A stretch of DNA of 64,000 nt, from positions 744,001 to 808,000 of the forward strand of contig CBFFRQ010000013.1 in assembly GCA_965644315.1 (NCBI GenBank), in the 5' to 3' direction. Origin of the DNA: Caecitellus pseudoparvulus (taxonomy: Eukaryota > Protista > Bigyra: Bicosoecida). The translations under genes and the position numbers were made by a program. This document shows positions 32,124 through 40,830 of this stretch, piece by piece; positions within the stretch are counted from its first letter, which is position 1; each line of letters opens with the position of its first letter. The notes beneath the pieces are model-generated. The model was given only the letters and a program-made list of their open reading frames with translations. It had not been told where the DNA came from and did not search any database.

Positions 32124-34742
32124 ATGGCCGCAGTTGGGTGCAGCGCCGAGGCTCCACGTGAAGCGGACGGGACCAGTCTTGTTTTGGTCGCTTGCGGAAC
32201 GGTGGGGGATGTGCAACCACTTTGGGAGTATGCATGTAGTAGTACACATGCTAGGGTTGGCTTTGTATGCCCAGGAGTGCTCGCAGGTGCGGCAGTACGC
32301 CAGCGATGGCTTGCGGCAGCGTTTCATGAGAGTTTCCCCATCTGTACAGATTTGCTGGCGCCGTGCGCACCTCCCCACGTTCAAGTTTCGCCTCTCTCAA
32401 TATCTTGCTTTGTTTCTTGTGATGATGAATCGGCAAGTCGTCCGAGCAAGCGCCCTCGAACCAATGCTTGCTCCCAGACAGATGTCGGACTGGCTCCAGC
32501 AAAGGCTTCACAACGAGCGTCTCTTCGCCTTGCACCTACGGACCTGCAGCTGTTGCTTTCAAAATGCTGCCCCACACCTCCCCTGTGTCCTCCCCAGCTG
32601 GTCCTTTTCAATCTCTTCGCATTGGAGGCCTGGCTGGTCGCATGCGCCGTGCAAGTGCCAGCAGTGCTGCTCACGCCATACCCACCCTGGCAGGACAGAC
32701 CACCAGGCGTGCTCGAGGCGCTGAAGCACGATGCCCCCGTGACGTGGGCCACATTGAATCATCCTCCCAGCGAAGCGTGCTTGGATCTCGCGACAGTGGG
32801 CCATGTCGCATGGCCACTCCTGTGTCCTGCGCGATGGGCGGAGCTGCACGACGCGCTGCAAGTTTCAGCGGGGGGTCGCCGCCTCTCCACCGTATTCCAG
32901 CGCCGCGGTACCATGCCCTCCCTTCGCGTACTGTACGCGTGTGCGCATGCCCTCCTCCCCCACCAAGGCTTTTGGCCCAAGAATGTCTCTGTTGTGGGCA
33001 GCCCGGGGTCGTCCTGGTGGCCGACACAGAAGAGCGACGAACTTCCCGCTGAGGCTGTTCTTTCTGCCCTGATCCCCAGCCCTGATCTACTCTTGGTGTC
33101 TTTGGCAACAATTGATAGCATGGGGCTCCTTGTGGATGCCCACGCACTCTTGCAGTGCCTTGCTGCCTTGGAAAACGTAGCGGTGTGGGTGCAGGGTTCG
33201 CTGACTGGGCAGGTATGGCAGGTGTGGAAGCAAGGGCAGCCATCCGACTTTGACGGGTCGGCTGGACCTGCTGCATACCTACAACAGCTGCATCAGGGCC
33301 CTGCCCGTCATCTCCTTGTCACCCCGTACCCCACCCCGCACGCTGATGTTTACGCTTGCGCTCGGGCGCGGGGCATGCACGTCACCCACCTGCACCATGC
33401 CGGCTGTGGCACCTCCCAGACATGCCTTGCCCATGCGGTTCCATCTCTGGCGTGTCCTTTTCGTTTTGATCAGCCGGATCGAGCTGCCCAGCTTGCCTAC
33501 ATCGGAGCGGGGGTGCATATCTCCCCGACTGCACTCGCGCAGCCACAACCTTGCGGTGAAGACAGCAGCACAGAGTCGGGTGATGAAGCATCCAGCACTG
33601 CCGCTTCAGCCTTGCGCAAGTTAAGGATGTGCAGCAGCGCCCAAGTGCTTCGCAGGGCCCTCGTTCGATGCCGTCGCCTGGGGACGAACCTGCACCGCCT
33701 TCGCGCTCAGGTGTTGGCAGAGGCTGAAACCTTCGCCCTCAACGTGACATCGGCCTGCTCTCAAGTTCTGGAGTGCCACAGAAGGATTTCACTGAGCCCT
33801 GAAGAGCTCCAGTGGCCCAGCGCTCAGTGCTTACCTGGCGTGTGCTGCCACTCCATTACCTTGTGGGGGACCGCAGGTGGGGAGGCACCCTCGTTGGGTT
33901 TGAGCTGGGGAGTGCCTTTGGCCACTACGAAACGCAGCATCCGCTTCCTGTCAAACTGCCCCGCTGAAGCTGCCCTGTTTGTGCGAGAGATCTGGCAAGA
34001 CGCAGTTTACAGGCCTGCTTTGGAGCGCTGCTCGCAGGCTCAGGCCACCATCCTACTCGATGTTGGGGCAAACATTGGACTGGCAAGCTTGGCGGCCCTC
34101 TCCGGCCCAAGCGCAGTTCATTTCGTTGTCGCTTTTGAACCTTCCCCGTCCGCCCAGGCCCTGTTCGTGGACAACATGCATGTCAATGGCATCCGGTGCG
34201 AAGTGGTGCAGTCCGCGGAAGATCTGTCGCAAGCAGTTGCTCGCGCAGAGAGTGCTCGGCACCCTGCGGTTGCTCTGTGTACAGTCGCTTTATCGGCGCT
34301 CCTTGCTCCAGAGGTGCCGCAGCATGCTAGTTTTGTCGAATTTCCAGGCTTGCTGGGACACAGCTCCCTGCTCTGCGCGTTTGATCCACGATCTTCAGCT
34401 GAAGGTCTTGCCCGCCAACACAGGCGCAAGCTGTGCAAGAGCAACGTCATTCCACACGTGAGCGTCTGGGACGCAGGCCACACGTTGCACTTGACTCTCG
34501 CAGCGCTGAAGGGACCTTGTGCTGTGAACGTCAAAGTTGACGTGGAGCGCCATGAGCTGGAGGTTCTGCGCAGCTTGACGCGAGCACCAGTTGCCAGTGC
34601 TGTGAGGACCATTGCAGCTGAAGTCCACAGCAGCAACTTGTCTGCCGCCAAGCAAGTGCTTGTGGACAGTGGGCTTCGCGTATCCGGCCAGTCGATTCTT
34701 GGTGGAGCTGGTGATGCACAGGTACTCCTGGCTTCACGCTGA
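32124..34742 (+). CDS. GT-B glycosyltransferase (GT1/GT28-N, sterol glucosyltransferase-like) fused to a C-terminal FkbM-type methyltransferase
   Basis: GT motifs: LVACGTVGDVQPL and HHAGCGTSQTCLAHAVPSLACPFRFDQ. FkbM motifs: LFVREIWQDAVY, LLDVGANIGLASL, VAFEPSP, VKVDVERHELEVL, AEVH. The ORF is open from 31707; I chose the ATG at 32124. Confidence 0.8.
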   Translation: MAAVGCSAEAPREADGTSLVLVACGTVGDVQPLWEYACSSTHARVGFVCPGVLAGAAVRQRWLAAAFHESFPICTDLLAPCAPPHVQVSPLSISCFVSCDDESASRPSKRPRTNACSQTDVGLAPAKASQRASLRLAPTDLQLLLSKCCPTPPLCPPQLVLFNLFALEAWLVACAVQVPAVLLTPYPPWQDRPPGVLEALKHDAPVTWATLNHPPSEACLDLATVGHVAWPLLCPARWAELHDALQVSAGGRRLSTVFQRRGTMPSLRVLYACAHALLPHQGFWPKNVSVVGSPGSSWWPTQKSDELPAEAVLSALIPSPDLLLVSLATIDSMGLLVDAHALLQCLAALENVAVWVQGSLTGQVWQVWKQGQPSDFDGSAGPAAYLQQLHQGPARHLLVTPYPTPHADVYACARARGMHVTHLHHAGCGTSQTCLAHAVPSLACPFRFDQPDRAAQLAYIGAGVHISPTALAQPQPCGEDSSTESGDEASSTAASALRKLRMCSSAQVLRRALVRCRRLGTNLHRLRAQVLAEAETFALNVTSACSQVLECHRRISLSPEELQWPSAQCLPGVCCHSITLWGTAGGEAPSLGLSWGVPLATTKRSIRFLSNCPAEAALFVREIWQDAVYRPALERCSQAQATILLDVGANIGLASLAALSGPSAVHFVVAFEPSPSAQALFVDNMHVNGIRCEVVQSAEDLSQAVARAESARHPAVALCTVALSALLAPEVPQHASFVEFPGLLGHSSLLCAFDPRSSAEGLARQHRRKLCKSNVIPHVSVWDAGHTLHLTLAALKGPCAVNVKVDVERHELEVLRSLTRAPVASAVRTIAAEVHSSNLSAAKQVLVDSGLRVSGQSILGGAGDAQVLLASR

Positions 34743-34761
34743 TGCATTCAACACCCGGGCA

Positions 34762-36948
34762 TCAAGGCGAAGACACGGCATGGCTCGTGTCAGACACCAG
34801 CTCAGTTGGCCCGTCCCGCATCGAGGACTGCGTTCGAAGAAGGGACCTGGTTGATGCCCTGCTGAATGTCATGCTTGCCAGCTTGGTGATTGTGGACACT
34901 GAGCCTCCTTGTTCGTGTGTTTGCAGCACAGAAGCCACGTCCAGGGTGGATGACGTGTCCAGGTTGGGTTGCAGGTCGGTGAGAGTCTTCAGTCGGTGTC
35001 TCGCGATTCGGGCTGACCGCCGGCCTTCAGTCAGCCAGCGTCCAATGTGGCCCACCTTGAAGCCAAAGTTCACCAGGCTGCTTGCGGCCGCAAGGGCGAG
35101 CAAAGGAAACAGAGCATGGTTGCGGAAGTCCTCCGACCTGTTCCCGACCGCGAGGGTGATGCAGTTCACAATGCTCATCAGAAAGTCCTCGAAAACAAGG
35201 CCAACAATGAGAGGCAGCATTGTGCGGCCTTTTGACCGGGCTGCGCGAACATTCTTCTCTACGAATGCCCGCTCGCGCTCGATGACGCTGCGTAAACTGA
35301 CCTCAGTACGCTTCACCAGGTCTTCACCACCCGCCGTCTCCGAATCTTTGTGCACACCAGAGTCGGGAGGGTCAGAGCCTTGTTCAAGGGGCTCCGCAGC
35401 GACCTTAGCCTCGGCGTTGCCAGCCCGCACAGCCTCCAGCAAGTTCTTCGCTCTTGCTGCCAGGTTGAGCAGTGATGGGACGATGTGGGCTGCGACGCAG
35501 CAGACATACAGCGTTCGCAGGAACGGGGTTACGCCGCCAACGTCACGCAGCACTAGAATGGCCAATGCACAGGCAATGTCCGATGCGAGGTCTGACAGCT
35601 CCACCGCAAAAGCAAGGACATTTGGGAGGATCCCGCGGGCCAGCAACTCCAATGCGACGAGCAGCGAGCCAGACCTGCGCTTCGCGTACATGGTCATGCC
35701 AACGACTGCCAGCACGGCCACAACTGCTACTCCGATGTTGACCCATGTGCCAGGATCCTCCCACACCGACGCTTCGCTCGAGGCAGGCGCGATGCAATCT
35801 GCAGGTGTCCCACCAGGCGAGGTGGTGATCATGCCGGACGGACAAAAGTCACAGTCTGTGTTGCCTGTGCCGTTGTTCACGAAGCCGACTGGGCACAGCA
35901 CGCAAGACCCCAGGCCATCATCGCTGAAGGATCCAGCAGGGCACTCCAAGCACTGACGAGGAAACTCTTCTTGGCGGAAGAACCCTGGGTCACACTCTCC
36001 GGTGCCGTAGTGATCCAGAGCCAGGAAGAGCTTGCGCACTGGCTCGTAGGAGTAGGGGAAGGCGAAGCCCGCATGATCCCCGGCAATTGCTGCGGGGTTG
36101 TCCTTACGCAACGTCAGTAGCGGAACAGCAACCAGCTGCTCCAAATCACGTGGCACGTGTGCCAAAGAAGCCAACGGCCACTCAGGATACAGCGGCGTCG
36201 TGAGGCGCTGCGGGAAGTTGAACTCGGCTCCCCGCTCACCAATGGTGAAGACTTGGCTGGCATTGAACTCACCAAGGGACACTAAACGCTCGACAGTCTC
36301 CGAGCGGGCGATACCAATGTCACACTCACCTGTAAGCAATGCCCGGATGGGGTCCTCGTAGTTCCCCAGGAACTCCAACGTGAAGTGGGAGTGCACGTCA
36401 ATGCCCGCACGAAGCATCTCCAGCCACTGAATGTGCCAGCCGCCAAAGGCATTCGAGTTCACCCCGCACACAATAAGCCCTTGGCCATGAGTGAGCAGGT
36501 CCGCGACTTCCACAATGGCAGTGTGCCTTGCTGCCGCCCGAACGATCACACCCCCGAATCGATCCAGCTCCTGGTCAGCTCCGAAATTCCGCTTCACGCT
36601 CAGGAACTCGTGGATGTTGTACTTGTCCTTGAGCTCTTGAAACGCTGTTGGGTTTGGGAAGACGAAGTCCACCTCCCCATTTGCGGTCATGTTCTCATAC
36701 GTGTCAAACTGCAGCGGGACCAACTTGGACCGGCAGCCGTAGGAGGCCAAGCTGGAAGAGAAGTAGTCTTCAAACGTTGGTCGCCAGCGCCGCAAAGTCA
36801 GCTCGGTATTTCCTTTTGTCACCATGCCCACTGTCATGGTGCTGTTCGGGAACCGGGCACACAAGGCAGCGATGTCATCCCTGCTCAATGCCTGCACTGA
36901 TGCCAAGCAAACCAACCACGCGGTGGCAGCAACGATGAAGGCTTTCAT
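34762..36948 (-). CDS. Membrane receptor-like protein: signal peptide + PhnD/phosphonate-binding-like PBP domain + Cys-rich (GCC2/ephrin-receptor-like) repeats + about 5 TM helices
   Basis: PBP motifs: RRWRPTFEDY, VDFVFPNP, FGGVIV, AFGGWHIQ..EM, DIGIARSETVERL, TTPLYPEWPLASL, YSYEPVRKL. CxxCPxG repeats. Hydrophobic segments downstream. Intronless. Confidence 0.75.
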   Translation of the reverse strand: MKAFIVAATAWLVCLASVQALSRDDIAALCARFPNSTMTVGMVTKGNTELTLRRWRPTFEDYFSSSLASYGCRSKLVPLQFDTYENMTANGEVDFVFPNPTAFQELKDKYNIHEFLSVKRNFGADQELDRFGGVIVRAAARHTAIVEVADLLTHGQGLIVCGVNSNAFGGWHIQWLEMLRAGIDVHSHFTLEFLGNYEDPIRALLTGECDIGIARSETVERLVSLGEFNASQVFTIGERGAEFNFPQRLTTPLYPEWPLASLAHVPRDLEQLVAVPLLTLRKDNPAAIAGDHAGFAFPYSYEPVRKLFLALDHYGTGECDPGFFRQEEFPRQCLECPAGSFSDDGLGSCVLCPVGFVNNGTGNTDCDFCPSGMITTSPGGTPADCIAPASSEASVWEDPGTWVNIGVAVVAVLAVVGMTMYAKRRSGSLLVALELLARGILPNVLAFAVELSDLASDIACALAILVLRDVGGVTPFLRTLYVCCVAAHIVPSLLNLAARAKNLLEAVRAGNAEAKVAAEPLEQGSDPPDSGVHKDSETAGGEDLVKRTEVSLRSVIERERAFVEKNVRAARSKGRTMLPLIVGLVFEDFLMSIVNCITLAVGNRSEDFRNHALFPLLALAAASSLVNFGFKVGHIGRWLTEGRRSARIARHRLKTLTDLQPNLDTSSTLDVASVLQTHEQGGSVSTITKLASMTFSRASTRSLLRTQSSMRDGPTELVSDTSHAVSSP

Positions 36949-37596
36949 ACTTGCACAGCCTCTTTGGGTATGTAGCTTGGAGTGAAATCGACTTGCTCTG
37001 TGCTAGGAGAAGCATCGCAAGGTGAGCGAGGAGTGTGTGGCGTTTCGCTGCCCACCGGGACTTGGAGCTCAGTCGCGCGCGGGGCACGGCTCCTCAGCCC
37101 AATAAAGCCACAGAACATTATCTTAACTCACCTGTTGTGCTTTCTCTTGCAATTGCGTCGGAAGGATGCGCTCCTGGGTGAAGTATCTGTCGCAGTGGGG
37201 TGCTGATGGGCGCGAGTCAAGCGCCTGTCTTCTGTGAAGCCCCCGTGTGCCCTCTGACCACTCCAAACGAAGCTACTTCGAGTGTAAAGTGTGAGGGTGG
37301 TGTTTTACTCGCAGATCTCCTCTGAATGGAATGGTTTTGGTGCCCGAATGAAGCTGCTCAGACCCACACGGCACCGAATTGTACGATGTACTGCGGCACA
37401 CTCAGCTCCAAACGTCGAACAGAGGCTTGACAAAACATCTGCCCTGACGCCGAGCAGGCGAGGAATCTGCCCATTCACGTCAAGAAGGACTTTAGGCAGG
37501 GCCTGCTCTCATAGTACAGGCTCCTCCCAGCCTTGAGGGTGGAAGCTGGCAAGCGGTACAAGCGATTTCCGCACCCCTGTTTGGGAAGTCCGCACC

Positions 37597-38610
37597 ATGG
37601 CCGCAGACGCGGATGCATCGGCGCCCGGAGCCGAGGCAGGTAGCTGTGTGGACGAAAACATGCATGGTGATGACAGCGTTCGTGCAGCATGTGCGGGCTT
37701 TGCGCCCTCTGCCTCGCTTGCAAAGCAAATGGTGTCCAGGGCCAAGGCCAAGCTGGAGCAGTACGAGCTGGTGTCCGAGGGTGACGCGCGGGAGCTTGGC
37801 GTGCCGGCACTATCACTTGAGAGCCTGCAGCGTGGGCTGAGCATACTTCACTTGAAGCAGCGCACCAGGCGCTTGCGGGAAGGGAAGCGCTTGGGCGCCC
37901 TCACCCACGCTGGGTTGGCTGGGCACGGCGCAGAGTTGTGGAGCACTGCAGTCAGTGCAGGCTGGTCGCCTTACTTGTTGGCACGCGCGGTCGTGGATGA
38001 GGCATGTGCCTGCAAAGGTGATCGCCGGGCAATCACGAGCATCATGCGCGACCCCAGTCGCATTGCAGACAGCGCGCTGTCCCGCGCAGTGGCGGACGTG
38101 GTGGCCCGGGACCCCTTCGTGAGCCCGGCCGTTGACCGGCTCAAAGCCAGCATGGGTGAGGCATTTGAACGACACCTGGAAAACATCTTGCGAACCTCCA
38201 AGCTGCCCTTCATGTCAGAGGACGCACTTCGGAGCCTCGGCGCTGCGAAGACCCCTGACGTGCTGCTGCCGCTGCCGCTGGGCGTAGAGCACCCCGTCAC
38301 TGGGGAAGCCATGGTGGTGCACTGGATTGACAGCAAAGCCCTCTTCGGCGACGCCACCACACACCATGAGAGCGTGCTGCCGCAGACACAGGCCTACGTC
38401 AACCGGTACGGCCCGGGCATCGTGGTGTATTGGTTTGGGTGTGAGGCGGCCCTGCTGGCTCCGCCGCAGGCTGGAGGGCAAGCTGGAACCACGGCTTGCC
38501 CCTGCTTCCCGCGCACCTTTGTCCTGCCGGCATCCACTACGTTGCGCCACTTCGCCCAGCCAGACTTTCCCAAGCAGCTCCTTGAGACCAGCCGCTCCCC
38601 TGCCGCCTAG
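37597..38610 (+). CDS. CDIN1: CDAN1-interacting nuclease 1 (C15orf41/TPD-domain PD-(D/E)XK protein)
   Basis: GEAFERHL, FMSEDALRSLGAAKTPDVLL, HWIDSKALFGD, QAYVNRYGPGIVVYWFG. Confidence 0.9.
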   Translation: MAADADASAPGAEAGSCVDENMHGDDSVRAACAGFAPSASLAKQMVSRAKAKLEQYELVSEGDARELGVPALSLESLQRGLSILHLKQRTRRLREGKRLGALTHAGLAGHGAELWSTAVSAGWSPYLLARAVVDEACACKGDRRAITSIMRDPSRIADSALSRAVADVVARDPFVSPAVDRLKASMGEAFERHLENILRTSKLPFMSEDALRSLGAAKTPDVLLPLPLGVEHPVTGEAMVVHWIDSKALFGDATTHHESVLPQTQAYVNRYGPGIVVYWFGCEAALLAPPQAGGQAGTTACPCFPRTFVLPASTTLRHFAQPDFPKQLLETSRSPAA

Positions 38611-38627
38611 CGAGCACCGCGTGGGGC

Positions 38628-40073
38628 TCAGGCCTGCTTCACCTCCCCCAAGTACACCTTGCCGTCTGTCGCACAGGAGGCGAGGATGGGCTCGATGGGC
38701 GAAAAGGACACATCTGTCACTCCGCCAGCGTGCCCTGGCAGGGCGTACTGTAGCCGAGGGTCCACAGCCCCAGCCTGCAGGGACACCTCAGCATCTGGTG
38801 TGGTGTGCCACACGTACACAGTCTCATCCGCAGACCCAGCTGCGACACGCCCACCGTCTGGCGCCCAGGCCACACGGTGCAGCAGGCGCTCAGCAGAGTG
38901 AGCCGTGGCTCCCAAGCTGGCACGCTGGCGAGGGTGCACTGAGCTGGCGCCAGCAGCTGCCGAGGAGGCGGGTGCCATGATGCTAGCGCTTCGGTCGCCT
39001 GCGAAGGGGCGCACGTCCCACAGGCGCACTGTGCCATCGGCGGCGTGGGAGGCCAGCTGCTCGCCAGACTTGGACACGGCCACGCCTGTGACGATGCTGG
39101 AGTGGCCTGTCAGAGTCAACTCCGGCTTGCCAGCTCGCACATTGTACTTGACAACGTCCCCCGAGACAGAGCCGTAATACACAATGTCAGAGTCACTGGC
39201 GTTGCCAAATGCCACTGCCGTGATCGGGAGGGGTGTGGGCACAGCCGTCGGCAAGGAGACCGTGTGAGTGTGCACGGAGCCCCTTGACCGTGCGTCCCAC
39301 ACCCTCACAGCTCCGTCGTCGGACCCAGACACCACCAGCATCGGGCCGCTCTGCGTGCAGGCGGCAGAGTTCACGATGGCGGTGTGCCCCTTCCATGTCC
39401 TGAGCTTGTTGCCTGCCTCCACATCCCACAAAGCCACAGTCTTGTCGGCACAAGCAGCAGCAATCCGACTGAGAAAGCCAGAGCAGGGGTGCATGTAGAT
39501 GGGGTTCCTGTACAGCTCAGTGCGGCACTCACGTAGAAGCGGCACCCCAGCAGAGTTGAAGAAGTGCGTTCTTGTGCCCAGACAGCACCGCAAAGTTGGT
39601 GCACTCCCCATACACATCCCACAACACTGCACAGGCCGTTGAGGAGCGGTGCAAATTCCGAGACACAGCAGCCAAGCGCCAGGCCTCTGGAGGCACATGC
39701 TTCCCGTCACGCACTGATGTTCCTGTCCTTGCCAGCACTTGCAACATGCTGCCCATTGGTCGAAAACTGCGACGCACACTCCATGGCTGAATCGCTGGCG
39801 CTTGTGCGGCGTGCTTCTCATTTCCGCACTCACAGCAACTGTGTACACTGGCCCTGTGTGGCCTTCTAGGAGCATGATGGGAGCCTGTAGACGACTTGTC
39901 CGGGCTGGTTCCTGCTGTGCTTTGATCAGCGCAGTTGTTGCACTGGCCTCGGCTTCCAGCGGTACGATTGCCCCTGCATCGGTCCGGGCTCGCTTGGCTG
40001 CTGACTGCTGCCCAGCGGCGCTTGGCGAGGGGGGCGGCGTGCCCTCTCCCTCGAGGGGACGCTTCTGCGCCAT
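38628..40073 (-). CDS. SNRNP40: U5 snRNP 40 kDa WD40 protein (several short introns around 39450-39820)
   Basis: RTSRLQAPIMLLEGH, LWDVYGECTNFAVLSGHKNALLQLCW, ADKTVALWD, VSGSDDG, VRLWDVRPFA, AAGSAD, YALPGH..FSPIEPILASCATDGKVYLGE. Confidence 0.92.
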   Translation of the reverse strand: MAQKRPLEGEGTPPPSPSAAGQQSAAKRARTDAGAIVPLEAEASATTALIKAQQEPARTSRLQAPIMLLEGHTGPVYTVAVSAEMRSTPHKRQRFSHGVCVAVFDQWAACCKCWQGQEHQCVTGSMCLQRPGAWLLCLGICTAPQRPVQCCGMCMGSAPTLRCCLGTRTHFFNSAGVPLLRECRTELYRNPIYMHPCSGFLSRIAAACADKTVALWDVEAGNKLRTWKGHTAIVNSAACTQSGPMLVVSGSDDGAVRVWDARSRGSVHTHTVSLPTAVPTPLPITAVAFGNASDSDIVYYGSVSGDVVKYNVRAGKPELTLTGHSSIVTGVAVSKSGEQLASHAADGTVRLWDVRPFAGDRSASIMAPASSAAAGASSVHPRQRASLGATAHSAERLLHRVAWAPDGGRVAAGSADETVYVWHTTPDAEVSLQAGAVDPRLQYALPGHAGGVTDVSFSPIEPILASCATDGKVYLGEVKQA

Positions 40074-40194
40074 TTCACCGCACCTTGGAAATCCTTGGCA
40101 CATGTGACGTCAGACGGATTTATGTTTTCCGGCTTGAATTTGGAAAAGGCTATCTCTTGCCCGGTTCATGCGGAGCCGCGGAAATTGGGTAACC

Positions 40195-40830
40195 ATGCGA
40201 TACCCGAAGTCAGGGCATGCCACGAGCACTGCAGTTATCTGGACAGCTCTACATGCAGTTGGATGCATCGCATTGTGGGCTCACTGGTGTGGTGCCTTTG
40301 TTCAGCCTGCTCTGCATGGCCCTGCTTGGGATGCCGTTGGCTGGCAGCTGGCTTGCCTGACCGTGGCTGCTGTGCTCACTCCGCTGCAGCTGCTGGACTG
40401 CTTGCGGCGATCAGAAGCCGGGCTGGGGCTGCATCGTACCCTTTCCGATGGCATCGTCTTTTCTTCCTTGGCTGGCAGCGGGATCTTTGCCGTTGCCTTG
40501 GCACGCGCCTTCCTATCGGGGGAAGCAAGTCCCTCGGCGCCCCACTCCCTGAACGCCCCCGCTCTCCTGCACTTCTTCGCTGCCCAAGTGCGAGGGAACA
40601 ACCTAAGCCTGCAGCATTTGCTTTGCATTTGCTGTGTGGCAACCCTGGGCTTGGCCTGGGCGGCCTGCGCCTCAACTGGCATTGACACAAACCACACTGT
40701 GTCCAAGGGATACAACCTGAAATCCCACGCAGCTGCTGGCCGCCGCATGGCTGCAGCTGTCTCTGCCCTGCTGCTCCTACACTGCACCGTGGCAGGGCTC
40801 TTCGCCCATGGGACCCAGCCTAGTACCTGA
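40195..40830 (+). CDS. Small multi-pass membrane protein of unknown function
   Basis: ATG-initiated ORF of about 211 aa with about 5 hydrophobic segments, filling the gap between SNRNP40 and the IQ gene. No family motif recognised. Confidence 0.5.
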   Translation: MRYPKSGHATSTAVIWTALHAVGCIALWAHWCGAFVQPALHGPAWDAVGWQLACLTVAAVLTPLQLLDCLRRSEAGLGLHRTLSDGIVFSSLAGSGIFAVALARAFLSGEASPSAPHSLNAPALLHFFAAQVRGNNLSLQHLLCICCVATLGLAWAACASTGIDTNHTVSKGYNLKSHAAAGRRMAAAVSALLLLHCTVAGLFAHGTQPST

